NCBI RefSeq assembly: GCF_009914755.1
Contig: NC_060941.1
Reading direction: 5' to 3' (one strand)
DNA from: the human T2T-CHM13v2.0 reference genome, Homo sapiens
Length of the DNA: 64,000 nt
Positions 27,971 through 40,464 of the stretch are shown piece after piece; the stretch's first letter is position 1, and the number at the start of each line of letters is the position of its first letter. A program made the translations under genes and the position numbers. The notes under the pieces were generated by a model. It was not told the origin of the DNA and did no database searches. It saw only the letters and a list, made by a program, of their open reading frames with translations.

Positions 27971-30900
27971 GGACAGAAGGTGAGAAGGTGAAAGGAGGGC
28001 CAGATGTTAAAGACTTTTGCTACCACAGTGCCAGCCGGCCACCTGCATGTCCTCTGTGGTGTCATCACAGCCAGACCCTCAGCAGGCTCACTTGGGAGAC
28101 TTTCCTCTGCTTCCTCCACCTCCAAATCACTCAAAGTGTGATTCTCTTTGGGCCTAAGACACCCAAGAGCCTACTGCTTGCTCAGGTCACCCTTTCCACT
28201 GTGCAACAGCCAGGACAGGAATTTCCTAAACGCTGACGACTTCAGCTTTGGCCTTCTCCCATTTCTGGTCCTCAACAGAGGGAAGAACAGCTGGTCACTT
28301 GTACAAAAGCCCTCCAACTATTAGAACACCTTGGTAAATATCCTCTTTTTTCTATCTAATTAATCCCAATGCCTTTATCTTTTCTTCAAGGGACATTCTC
28401 ATCTCTACCTCACGCAACAGTCTTTTAATCATCTTTATGGATTTCCTCTGAGCCCTCCACAAGTTTGAAGGAACACGGAATAAGGTCCTGAAGATCTGTT
28501 TTCTGTTGCTGCAAAGATGGGAGGGAGAAAAAAGTCTTTGTTGATGAGAAAGGGGAATAATGAAGCTAAACATGTAGAATAAACTAGATTTCTCTAGAGA
28601 AAATGGCCTTGGCCGTTCTGTCTTTGTTGAAATGAGACGCAAGAAGCAAGAGGAGATACACCATCTGCTACTTGGAGAAACGAGGAGGCCTCTGTTATTA
28701 TCTTATGCTGATGAACGGCCACAGAAGAACATATATTTTTGGCATCATTGTATTAATTAAAAGTTATTCATTGAAGACAAAGCTCAAAAGGCTAAATTGG
28801 GAGAGACAGAGGACACTGGATGACATAATCGCAATCTTTAAAGATCCCAGAAAGCCAAACTCAGGCTTTCTGCAGGTAAGGGCATGCACTTTAGCAGGGA
28901 CAGATGCAGTGTCTTGAATTTCGGGCCCAGACCTAAGGTTCCTTGAACAGGATGACAAAGATAGGCTTAACCACCAGATGAGAAGTGACGCAGCAGGGTT
29001 TTCAGCTGATGGAAGCTCTCCATTTTATGTCTGCTTCTTGTGAAGAACTGCCTATCCCTCCCTGTGGTGGGCTGCCAAATGCTGCCAAATGCCACATTTG
29101 TTCCATGTGGAGACTGTGCAGTGGGTGGGGCTTATGGCAATCTTCAAATATTTAAGGATCTACCCATGTGAAAGAGGAATTAGTCTTGTTCTAGTGTCTA
29201 AGAAGACAGACCAGGATCAAAGTTATAGGGAGCCACACCTTAGATCAATGTGTGAAAGGGCTTTCTAACAATAGTCACGAAAGCTAGGATTTGTGAGGCC
29301 TTGCCTAAGCCCAGCCCTGCGCCAGGCACTGCCAAGGTGCAAGTGATCACTCCAGTCTAGAGAGGAGAAGGGGGCCTGGAGACGGCTGGTGACTTACCTG
29401 GCATCGCCCAGCTCATCAGTGGGAGGGCAAGGATGGGGAGGCATTAATTCATAGGCCTGTGTAATTTGTATGCCTGCTGTGCTGCTGCCCGAAGTCTAAC
29501 CAAGATGTCCATTTGAAAGCAAGAGGGCTGCTGTGAACAGCCTGTCACTGGGGACACGCAGAAAGACCCAACAGATAAGATGCTGTGGAAGAAATCTGAA
29601 CACAGGTGTAGAACTGAACCAACTTCCTGGAAGGTCTCTCCCAACTCAGAGAGTGGAGGATTTGACGCATAGCTCAAGAGGAGGAGTTGCTGTGTTCACT
29701 CTGGGCACCCTTCCTTCCTTCTCCTCAGGCGCTCCAGCTACGCTGACAGCACAGGGTGCTAGAGTGGCCTCAGCCTCTCCTCAAATACAGCCACATACCC
29801 ATGAGTCTGCAGGCAAACAGCTCACACTGCCAAGCTTCCCTGCTGCTCTTGCTTCACTATGGGAAGCTACACCCAAAAGTGCTTTGCGATGTGCAGGAGG
29901 CAACCGGGACATAACCTGCCCACAGTTATGATCATCCTAGGGCTGACACCACCAATTATCTCTCTTCCTATTCCCCCCACCTCCTACCCCAGGAATTTAT
30001 ACTTGAACTGGGAGCAGCTTCTGTTGGTGGGAACATCTGGGTTGTTTCCATGGCCTAGCCAGCACTCTCAGCTCTGTATTCTCTGCCCCGAGCACTCTGG
30101 CTGCCCTCCAGCTTGATGGAGGGTCCTGGGGACACATTCTGATTCCAGCACTTTCTAAGCAGACAGTGGTATTTCTCCACATGGAAGGTTGGCTGTTCAG
30201 TGTGGCTCTGACCCTTGGGAGACCCTGCCTGCTGGCTTTTGACTGCCAGGGGAAGAAGGGGTGGGAAGATGTCGGCAATGGCGGAGGCGTGCAGCCAACC
30301 AGCCAGGACGGCTGTGTCTGTTCACGGCTGTCCACAGTGCTGCCCAGCTCCTGAATCTGCTGTTGCTGGAAGGACAGCCTCCCACTGGCACCGAGAGTCA
30401 TTCCTTTTCTATTTGATTTATAAGATAGCAGTGAGGGCTGGGAGGCTTGGAGTTGGAACAAAACAGAGGGAAGGAAAACGTCATGGGAAGCAACCTATTT
30501 TTGAAAGCTGTGAGCTGACGCCAGGAGATTAGGTTCTGTTTGTCTTGGCTGATGGGCTTGTTTAAAAAAAAAAAAAAATCCCAAACCCCCTCTCCCCCCA
30601 AAACACGAAGTATTCCTGCTGTCTGGGTCTGCTCTGGCTGTCTGGAAGCATCTTGGCTTTGTTCAACACACCCCCTGCTGCCAGGAGCACGGCTCTATCC
30701 AGAGCAAATCCCCCCTGTCAGCAGGAATTCCGACGCTGACACAGCACAAAGCTGCCTCAAGAGGCCTTCTCAGTTTCTGGACTGACCTCAGAATCCTGTG
30801 CATCTGGGTAACGCCTGGCCGAACCTTCCTGCAGGCTAGGAATGGAGGCCAATGACAATGCATTCAAGGGAAGCCAGGTCCCCTGGAGTGTGGCACATAT

Positions 30901-32312
30901 TCAGCTGGATCTGCTGAGCTGAGGCAAGCCTGGGCTGATGCAGGTGTGTCAGGAGTGAGGTCTGGGAACTAGGGAGAGGCCACTCAGGACTCCTCACTGG
31001 GGCTGGGCCAAGGGTACTTTTCTCAGCTTCAAGAGCAGGCTGGTGTAGTTACATGGAGACAAGTTGTTTCCCGGTCTATTTCCTGCAAAAAGCTGCAAGC
31101 TCCAGGGACCACAGCTCATGCACCTCTGTGCCCCTAGGACTGTGTTTTGTGTCAGGCCTGGAACAGGTCTCCACCCACCCTCACCCCCATAAGAGCCGAT
31201 GGCTTTGGAGTAGGAAGGGGGCACAATAAGCAGCAACTTGGGACCAGGACAGGGCCTTCACAGGCGGCAAGCATGTGCCAGCAGCAGGGTAGAAGGTGTA
31301 GCACTTGGGGACCAAGACTGACAACGGAGGGCCAGACACAAATGGCAGTATCAGCAGCAGCAGCAGGTGTATCATGAGAAACTCATGCCAGGTTGCTAAA
31401 TCAGTCTGGCTCCTGACCTGTTCCCTCAAGCATCTTGCCTCCCATTGAAAAGTGTGTGGGGCCTTGCAGTTCACAGCATCCTTCTTCCACCCTCCAGAAG
31501 GTCACTGCTTCTAAGGGCAGTACCACTGACATTTTCTGCAAATGCCAGGGTCATCTGAGGCTGGGTGTGGTGGAGATCTGGGCACTGGCTCTGGACCTGG
31601 CTGCCCTGGGAAACAGGCCTGAGGTGGGGGCCTTGACCCTGGTTTCAGGGGTAGACTGCAGGCCGCCCACTCCTGGACCCCATTCTGCCATGCCCCCAGA
31701 TCCATGGGCTGTCCAGAGGCGGGGAGGCCAGTTTGCAATGGCAAACCACAATATGCCTGGGAATCCTCAGTGTTAGGGAAAAGCATGGGAGCATCACACT
31801 TCATCTCAGTCTCAGGACACCTTGGGGGTGAGGTGCCACTACAAGGGCTCCTGTGCACAGTCAAGGTTGAACAGGCCCTCCTGCAAAATGTGATGTTGAG
31901 GGACCAAAATACAGAAATAGTACAAGCTCAACTACATTTAAAATAAACCTACAAAAAAGTCAGAAAGAAAATACATCAAAGCACCTACAGTGGTTATTTA
32001 CAGATGCTTGGGTCAAAGAAAGTTATTTTCTTTTCTGTGCTTTCTTTTTCTTTCTGTGAGCATGTATTCTACAACTGGCATTTTATAATCAGGAAAAAAA
32101 TGTTATTAAGGAAAATAAAAAAGACAGACAGTGGTACTGGCCTCTGCCTGTCCGTAGGCAACGTGAGGCTGCATGTGTGCTCACATGGACTATCAACAAC
32201 AGGGCCACTGGACCTGTCCCGCCTTGCCGCTGTGTCCCCGGGTGGGATCCTCCAACAGTGTACGGTGGAAGAGCTGCCACCACAGGCCAAGTGCTTCTGA
32301 AAGATGACTCAC

Positions 32313-32429
32313 CTGCAGCAACTCCAGATCAGATGAATCCTCCTGTCCAGGGACCATTTCTGTTAACATCTCAGACATGACTTTTGTGTTTCCTCGAACG
32401 ACGTCCAGTTCACTCCGCAGCCTGGCAAT
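32313..32429 (-). CDS. TOM1L2: TOM1L2 exon 7 (117 nt, [14 protein letters not shown]...DLELLQ; GAT domain start)
   Basis: accAG acceptor, GTGAGT donor, phase 0-0. Confidence 0.98.
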
Positions 32430-35390
32430 CTGGTGGGGGCCACGAGGAAGGAAAGCAGGAAGGAAAGGTCAGTCAGCCTGCACTTGCAATATCAGAATCA
32501 GCTTGCTCCTAGTCTAGTGACAATCCTTCTCACTGGGAGATCTGGGTTGCCTTTCTGAGTGCACACTGCAGAGGCCACCTTCTCATCTCCCTCTGGCCTG
32601 CCTGTCAGCTCTGAGAGAGCTGAATGGGCCCTGCCACCAACAGTCTGTTGTGCCTCTCTGACTGTGACACGAAAGCAGTACCACGTAGTGAAGGGCTCCG
32701 TGTCAGGAGTGCACCAAGCTGGCTCTCCGTCTCGGCTCTCCCACCACGGGAACTTGAGTAGAAGCTGAACCTCTCAGGGCTTCCGTTCCTGCTCTTTAAA
32801 ATCCAAGTGCAGGAGGGCAGGAGCTCTGAGATCCCTTCAGAGCTGAGATCCTATTCTACAAAGCTCTGAGTTATAGACTCTGCTCCTAGGAGTTTTACAT
32901 CTAAACACTAGGATCCCTCTGAGAGGCTGGGCAGTGTCAATAGCACTTTTCTGCTGCGGCAAGAATGAGAGAACAGGGGAAGACGACAGGGGAGACACCT
33001 TCCCCACCCAGCTCCCTACATGGTAACACAGCCCCTTGAAAAATACCCAAGTTGCCCATCAGCGATCCCAAAGCCTGGACCTGGGCCAAGGCCCAAGGCT
33101 CCTCTCCAGCAACAGAGACATCATACACTTTCTCCCCTTGCCCTCAGTCCTGTGCCTCAGATCTGCCCCTTCACTCCCTCAACCCCCTCGAAGGATCTGC
33201 AGAAACCACAGGGACCTTCCTTGCCCACAGTGAAATATCATAGAAGAATCTGCATAGAGGTGGCTACTGGTCCCATCACTCAGTGACAAGAGACCAAATA
33301 ACGCTGGACAGAGGTCAAGAACTGCACAGGACACTGGAGGGAGCCCTGGAAGACTCAGCAGCAACATCCAGAGCCGGACCTGAGCCTCTCTGAGCCTTCG
33401 TTTCCTCACCTACAGAAAGGTGGCACTAACCTCACCAGGCTGCTGTGAGTTTCCCATGCGGCGCCTGGCATGCAGGTATGCTCTCTACTACACACATACG
33501 GCCCTTGTTCCTGCTCAAAGGTCCAGAGAGAGGAACTGTAATGTCATTCTTCCTGCACTGTGACCCAGCTTAAGTGACAACTTCTCTCCCCAGTGAAGCC
33601 TTTTCTGACTCTCCCCACCCCATCCTGAGGTAGAAGCAACCACTCCCGCCTCCTCAGGTTCCCACTCGCTGTGCCATCTTCCACTATTGCAGCTGTAGCA
33701 GCCTCTCCTGTGTGGGTGGGCTCTCTCAGCAGACCTTTAGCTTCTTAGGGCAGGAACTCAGCTGGGTTGAGCTTTATACCCTCAGCACAGAGACAGGGAC
33801 AGGAGACCTCAATCAATGGTCTACCAGGGAGATGGTCTGGGTCCTGAGAGGCTCTTGTTAGCCTCTGGCTCTGCCTGGTGGATGATCCAGGGGTTTTCTT
33901 CAAAGTCTTGGTAGAGAGAAGAGGTTTCTGGCTAGGAAGGCCCAGGAAGGCTATGGGCAGCCACCCAGTAGACTCTGAAGCCCTGGGTCCTCTTGGCCAG
34001 GCTGGGTGCTGACCTGCCTACCTCTGCTTGCATTCTGCTCTCCAAGGGGCAACATGCCTCAGGGCTCCTGTGCTACCTATGCCCAGACCCTGCAGACCCA
34101 GCATCTTCTGGCTACTAGGAGGGCCTTCCCAAGCACCTCCCACACTTTGAGTCGGTGAAGGGGCTCAGTAACTGTCCAACTTCAAACATTTTCTGCCTTC
34201 CCTCAGAGCAGGAAGGGCACAGTTCTGCCCATAGAAGCAGGGCCAAAAGCCAGAGACCTTCTTTCCCACAGCACTTGGGTAGCCACAATGAGGACCTCTT
34301 CCATCTGCCTGTCAAGCCCACAGCTGCCTGGTGGGGTAACAAATCACTTGTTCTACTGATGGGAGACCGGGGTTAAATGTCCTGACTGAAGCCTAGAGTG
34401 AGCAGCAGAGCTGGGGGCTCACACCCAGGCCCTGGGGGCTTCAAGTTCACTCCTCCTGCTCTCACCGTACTCCCTGCTCAGAGCTAGCAGGGAAGTGTGA
34501 GGAACACGACACAACACTGCCATCCCTACACACACATTGCTATCCCTACACACACATTGCTTGACCCCTCTGCTTCAGTGAGGTTCCACAGTCATGACAT
34601 TGTCGCAAATAGTAAATAAGGATTTGGTAAATATAAACATTGGAGAGTTTTTTTTTCCCCCAAGTCTGACCAATTCTCAAATTGTAACTAATTGAAGTTC
34701 TATGGATTCTTCTAAAGAGCACTCCCCAATTCATCTAAAAAATCCAGTGTGGGGTTAAAACTGCATTAGTTTATCAGGAAGTAACCCGGGAGGGTGGGGA
34801 GTGTTTGGGATAAAAGCAGGCTTCTTGTGCTTCAGGAGGGCCTCCCTGATCAGGTCACAGGCCTCTGATGGCTGACTTTTTTTATGGGATAGATCTAAGC
34901 CTCTGCATGATAGACAAGCCCGTCACAACTCAGCTGCACGTCTATGCTTTTGGCCTCACATTCTGCCATGGTTTCCTCCCAGATCTGGGCCCTACATATG
35001 CGCCTGCTCTCCAATCAAGCCACCTGCTGCTCCGAGAGAGCAGCGTCTGCATCTCTGCATTTAAATGTCATTGCTGAGCATGCGGTCTCACCTGACAAAG
35101 CCCAACTCCTGTGTCAGGACCCTTTGCATGTCAGGTCCCCAGTGCCTCCCAGGCACCACTCAACCCTGGGCTCACAACTCTGAGCCCTTGGTTCTGCTCC
35201 CCACCACAGCCTGACCACAATCCATCATGACTTCCTCAGCATCTCTCTCCCCTGGGGATTGAGCCCTTCCATCTCTGTGTCCCTAACACCCAGCACAATA
35301 CCTGGCTTGGGAGGCCTTTGTAAGTGTCTCCCAGAAAGATGAAAAAGGATAGTCAGCTGGCTTGCCTATGGCCCCGAAGTATGCAAGTAC

Positions 35391-35549
35391 CTGTTCTGAA
35401 TTGGCTGTGATGGGGCCAGTCACACTCAGAGCTGGGGCCTGCGGTGCGGAGTAGGGAGCAGGAGGCGGCGAGGAATAGGAACCAGCACTTGTCCTCTGCT
35501 GTGATTGGGACCTGGGCATGGTCGCAGCTGGATCCACTTCAGGGACACT
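35391..35549 (-). CDS. TOM1L2: TOM1L2 exon 6 (159 nt, Pro/Ser-rich VHS-GAT linker SVPEVDPAA...TANSEQ)
   Basis: gccAG acceptor, CAG|GTACTT donor, phase 0-0. Confidence 0.96.
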
Positions 35550-36138
35550 CTGGCATGGCAACAACAAAGTCCTCTGTTTACCTGGGCTGCCTGCATAGCT
35601 GGACCTGGTACCTACCCCACCCCATGCAGCACTTCCCCAAGGCTGCCCACGAAAGGCTCAAGGCCCTGCTCCACTGCTGCCCGGGTGAGGTTCACAGAAC
35701 CCCACTGAGCCCAGGCTCTCCATCTGGGAAGTGGGGCTGCCAATGGCTCCTCCCTCTACTTACCTCTCAAGGAATGTGTGGCAGACCAATGAAAGCAACT
35801 CCAAAAGGCAGCACCGAGAGTGCTCTGTGAGCCCTCTGGTCATGGTTCCTATTATTAAGACCACCTCGGGATCCAAGTGGAGGGAGGGCGGTTATTAAGT
35901 TTTGCTAATCACAGATCTTTACTTGGTACCATAAGAATTACTTTTTTGGTCTTTACAAGTAGACTAATATAAATAGTAATTATGCAATTTACCAAATGTT
36001 TTTTGTAATTATAGGAACAACAACACTGCTCTCTGTCATTATTAGAAGAATGAAACAGGTTATGTTGATTTCACAAAGCATAGCGCGTGGTCTGGAGGGA
36101 TCATGATGAAAACAGCCTCCAGAAAGGGCAATCCCCTG

Positions 36139-36428
36139 GGCCAGGTGCGGTGGCTTACGCCTGTAATCTCAGCACTTTGGGAGGACGAGGCGGGTGGATC
36201 ACAAGGTCAGGAGATAGAGACCATCCTGGCTAACACAATGAAACCCTGTCTCTACTAAAAATACAAAAAATTAGCCAGGCATGGTGGCGGTCACCTGTAG
36301 TCCCAGCTACTCAGGAGGCTGAGGCAGGAGAATGGCGTGAACCCAGAAGGCAGAGCGTGCAGTGAGCCAAGATTGTGCCAGTGCACTCCAGCCTGGGCGA
36401 CACAGCAAGACTCCGACTCAAAAAAAAG
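36139..36428 (+). mobile_element. AluY/Sc-like with TSD AGAAAGGGCAATCCC
   Basis: Alu consensus; 15-bp direct repeat. Confidence 0.95.
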
Positions 36429-37319
36429 AGAAAGGGCAATCCCTCATGCTTGCCCTTTGGGTATCTCAGATGACCTCTTGCACATTAAAATTAAGTCGTG
36501 TTCCTACGAGAGATGTGCACAGGTGTGCTATCCTTCTCAGAGATGGGCAGTGGGGGCAGGCAAGGTGAAGTGTACTGGGATGAGGTGCCTCTCCCAGACC
36601 CTGGTGCTTTCCTGGCTCTCCCCCAGGCTAGGAGTGGAGTTGATTCCCAGCCAGTAGAGGGACTAGCTTCCTTGAGAAACCATGAGGCATGACCTACATG
36701 CTTTTAACCCTGAAGTGCCAAGCTGCCCCCTCCACGGTGCTCAAGTTACTGTTGGCACTGCAAAAGCTTTGGTGGGATGCCCCTAAAGGGACCTTCCCAG
36801 GGCTTTGATCCCAAGGCTGATGGAATCAAGGATTGAATCCAGAATCAATTCTGGATTGATGCTGAATACTCACAGCTCAAAATAAATTTTAGATCCATTT
36901 GACTTGGTACAATTGAAAAAACAGAAAGCTACTTTTTGACCCAAGAGTGACATCAAGCCCTGAGGTGCTATGGTGCTCTGAGGGACAACAGGATTCCCAC
37001 ACCAGATTCTAGGGGCCTCTGAAAAGCAGGTGCTAATGACCCTCACAGGATGGCTCCGCCCAAGTAGCCATTTCCATGAAAACCCTGAACTGATCCCTTT
37101 ATTATATTCTTCCACAGACACTGCTGCCACTTAATCACCAGTCAACCAGCTGTCTCACTCCTGCATGCCCCTTGTTATTAAAAAGGAATGCCCCCGAGCT
37201 TTAAGAAAGCATGATGACAAGCTGAATAATTCAAAGGCAGCAGCAGAAGGGTGGCTGCAGCAGCTTGGCTCACCCGTTCTGCAGTAGGTCTTTCTAGAAA
37301 GTGCCAGCTGGAAGCTTAC

Positions 37320-37454
37320 CCGCTGTGGTGTGTGTATGGGAGACAGAGCGTCCAAGTCTGCCATGGGAAATTCAACCCCTTTCCTCTTCAGCTCCTCATA
37401 TATGTGCACAACGCCGGTGAGATCAGGACTGCTTCGAAAGGCATCAGCCCATGC
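37320..37454 (-). CDS. TOM1L2: TOM1L2 exon 5 (135 nt, [12 protein letters not shown]...SPIHTPQR; VHS domain end)
   Basis: cccAG acceptor, GTAAGC donor, phase 0-0. Confidence 0.98.
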
Positions 37455-38328
37455 CTGGGATAATAGAAGGCCTGTTAGGAAGCATTTCTCAGAGCTGCCA
37501 TGGTATCTGAAAATCCAAAGTGGCCCACGTCCTCTCCCCGAGACCAGTGCTCTCCTACTTGCACATGCAAATTGCACTGGCTAAACCTATTCTGTTCCTC
37601 TCCTTCCGCAACTGCTGCCACGACACAGCTGGTGAAACCCTGGCTTTCAATGGTGCTGCTGAGCGTGAACAAAAACACAAAACTTAATTTAGCATGTATT
37701 TCCTTGGAGAAGAGACAGAGAAATAACACCTATGCACGGTGGTGCATCCTAAAAAGCAGGAATTTCCCTAATGGCAAGGAAATCAATTGCTGGGGCTGTT
37801 CAGCTGCAGGGAGTGGAAGCTGGAGCCTTGTCAGCTCAGCAGGGTGCCTGCCCTCTGTGCGGGAGCACCTCTGCCCTGAAAGCTTCTACTGGTGGAGTTG
37901 GGAACCGGCAACAAATTGAGCAGAAAGGAAAGGAGAAATTGATGTGTGACATGAAGTAAAGGCTAACTACAGGTTTCCTCAGATCAGAGACAACTAATGC
38001 TGAGCTTGTCTAGCCTAGCTCTGTCTAGCGCTGCTGCCAGTAGGTGAGATGACTGTGGTTCAAGGGAAGAAGAGCCCACTGGGAGCTAGACCCAGGCCAG
38101 ACTGGGGAGTTCACCCCCAGGGGTCCTTTTCCCAGACCCAAGCTTCTTTCATGATGTCCGCTGCCAAAAATGTCAGCACATGTGTGCCCAAATCGAAAAA
38201 TCCCAAGAAAAGCACAATCACCAGATTCCCTTCAGTGAAAACATATCACAGAGAGGAAAGAGCAAAAATTCAAGTAGATTATCATTTCTGTTGACTCATG
38301 AAACTTAAAAATTAAAAAAAAAATTCTG

Positions 38329-38607
38329 GGCTGGGTGCGGTGGCTCATGCCTGTAATCCCAGCACTTTGAGAGGCCGAGGCGGACGGATCACGAGGTCAG
38401 GAGATCAAGACCATCCTGGCTAACACAGTGAAACCCCATCTCTACTAAAAATACAAAAAAATTAGCTGGGCGTGGTGGCGGGTGCCTGTAGTCCCAGCTA
38501 CTCAGGAGGCTGAGGCAGGAGAATGGTGTGAATCCGGGAGGCAGAGCTTGCAGTGAGCTGAGATGGCGCCACTGCACTCCAGCATGGGCGACAGAGCAAG
38601 ACTCCGT

Positions 38608-38636
<29 letters not shown>
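38329..38636 (+). mobile_element. AluY-like
   Basis: Alu consensus, A tail, TSD AnTTCTG. Confidence 0.95.
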
Positions 38637-38638
<2 letters not shown>

Positions 38639-39339
38639 CTGTTCTTTGGAAGTCTTGGACTGTATCAAAAACAGAATACTCAAAGGCCTTCCCAGAAATG
38701 GCCCTTCTCATGCTGTCCCATTCACCATACATACCCAAAGGAGGAGGCAGAGCCTCCTGTGCCCATGACTCCATTGCCAAGTCTGTCATTGTCACAGAAT
38801 TTAACTGTCTCCCTCACTCCAGCAATGTGGTACAACCAATCCTGAGGCAGCCACAGAAACTCTGTCTCTAACCAACAGACCCATTTGAAGTTAAAAGGTC
38901 AGTTTCCAAAAAGCCTCCTTAATTATGACTGATGCATCTCACCAGGAACAGTACTGTCAGCCCGGCTTTCCCTGATGCACTTATTTAATTTGCATGCTCA
39001 GGGATTTAAAACTACTGGATCAGGACAGCCCCTCTTGGCCAACACTCCTTCTGGATTCTGAGGAGGGCCAAAGAAAGTGCCTCACAGAGCACTGTCTGGA
39101 AGGCCCAGCTGGAGGAGAGTAGGTTGCCCGTAGGGAGTGCCTCTGGCCCCGCCCCCACCAGCTGCGCTGGCTGCCTCCACCTGGTTCAAAATCCAGCTAA
39201 GTCCTGTGACGCCAACCTCAAAATGCCCTAGCATTTTAGTTTAGGGTGTTGACTTTAGGGTCTAAAAACCAGTTTCACAGCCCACTGTCGGAGGCTGGGG
39301 AAAAAACACATGGCAGTTCTTCCTGGCACCACTTCATGC

Positions 39340-39960
39340 CTTTGTACATGGAGTACCAACAGCTCCAGGGATTCCTTTCAATTCATCTAGCTCTCTACCC
39401 AAGCCAAATTTGAGATAATAGGAATAAAGATGAAAGAACTATGGCTCTTCTCTCCAGTTGGAGGATACTTCTTCGGGTCCACTTTCTAAGGCACTCTGCT
39501 TCCATGTTCACAGAGACAGACTGGAGTGGGAGGGAAATGCACACCCAAGTTGGGCCAATCAGATGCTCCTCCTTCCAGGAACTCAGCAGCACTAGAAGCT
39601 GGGATGTTCTCACTGGGTAGGCAGAACTGTCCTCTGTAACTCCAGGGCCATGTGCCAGCACAGGACTGGAAGCAGAGACAGCCTATGTTCTCCAGAAGGA
39701 GCAGCTAGAGTGCTCGGAGGTGCAGGCGTACAGGAGAGGATTTGGAAGGCCTTCCTGATATTTTCTGTCCCTTCCCAGGGCGGGGTGACCTGGACTTCTG
39801 GGAGACTCTGCCCTGTCATGACAAACTCTTCTCTTTGCCTAGGCAAGCTGGAGTTGGCATCTGTTATTTGCGATCAAGTAGTCTTGGCTAATCTACCCGC
39901 TTCCTACCTGCCACAATTCCAACCCTTATCTGGGACCTCTGTGCAGACTGGATGAGATGG
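39340..39960. mobile_element. Probable old MaLR LTR (MLT1J/K/L-like) fragment
   Basis: TGGGCCAATCAGATGCTC motif typical of this LTR group; ends uncertain. Confidence 0.4.
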
Positions 39961-40195
39961 CTGCTAACAGAGCAGATATTCATGATGGCAATCTCTATTG
40001 AATAGGATTCTCATGCCAACAGAGGAAAAAATGGGGTGCAGGGGCGCCTCTGAATAAATGCAGCTCTGGGTGTCTCTCATCTCTGGGTGTCTCCCATTCA
40101 TATGTGAAAACGTACAGATGGGAGACATCCAGAGATGCCATGTGTCCCTAGCATCTTCTTGGGACATGCCTCAATAATTGGGCATGGGTCAGAGC

Positions 40196-40464
40196 TGTCC
40201 CCCAGGCTGGAGTACAATGGTGGTGCCATCTCAGCTCACTGCAACCTCTGCCTCCGGGCTCAAGCAATCCTCCCACTTTAGCCTCCAGAGTAGCTGGGAC
40301 TATAAGCATGTGCCACCATACCTGGCTAATTTTTGTATTTTTTGTAGAAATGGGGTTTCATCATGTGGCCTAGGCTGGTCTTGAACTCCTGGACTCAAGG
40401 GATTCACCCACCTTGGCTTCCCAAAGTGCTGGGATTACAGACATGAGCCAACTGCGCCCAGCCC
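40196..40464 (-). mobile_element. AluJ-like, tail truncated
   Basis: Alu reverse complement. Confidence 0.9.

Noticed and set aside
29071-29092. GCTGCCAAAT x2 tandem repeat
   Set aside because: Short slippage repeat expected by chance
36836-36857. 10-bp-arm palindrome AATCCAGAAT-ca-ATTCTGGATT
   Set aside because: Isolated, no context suggesting function; about chance level for 64 kb
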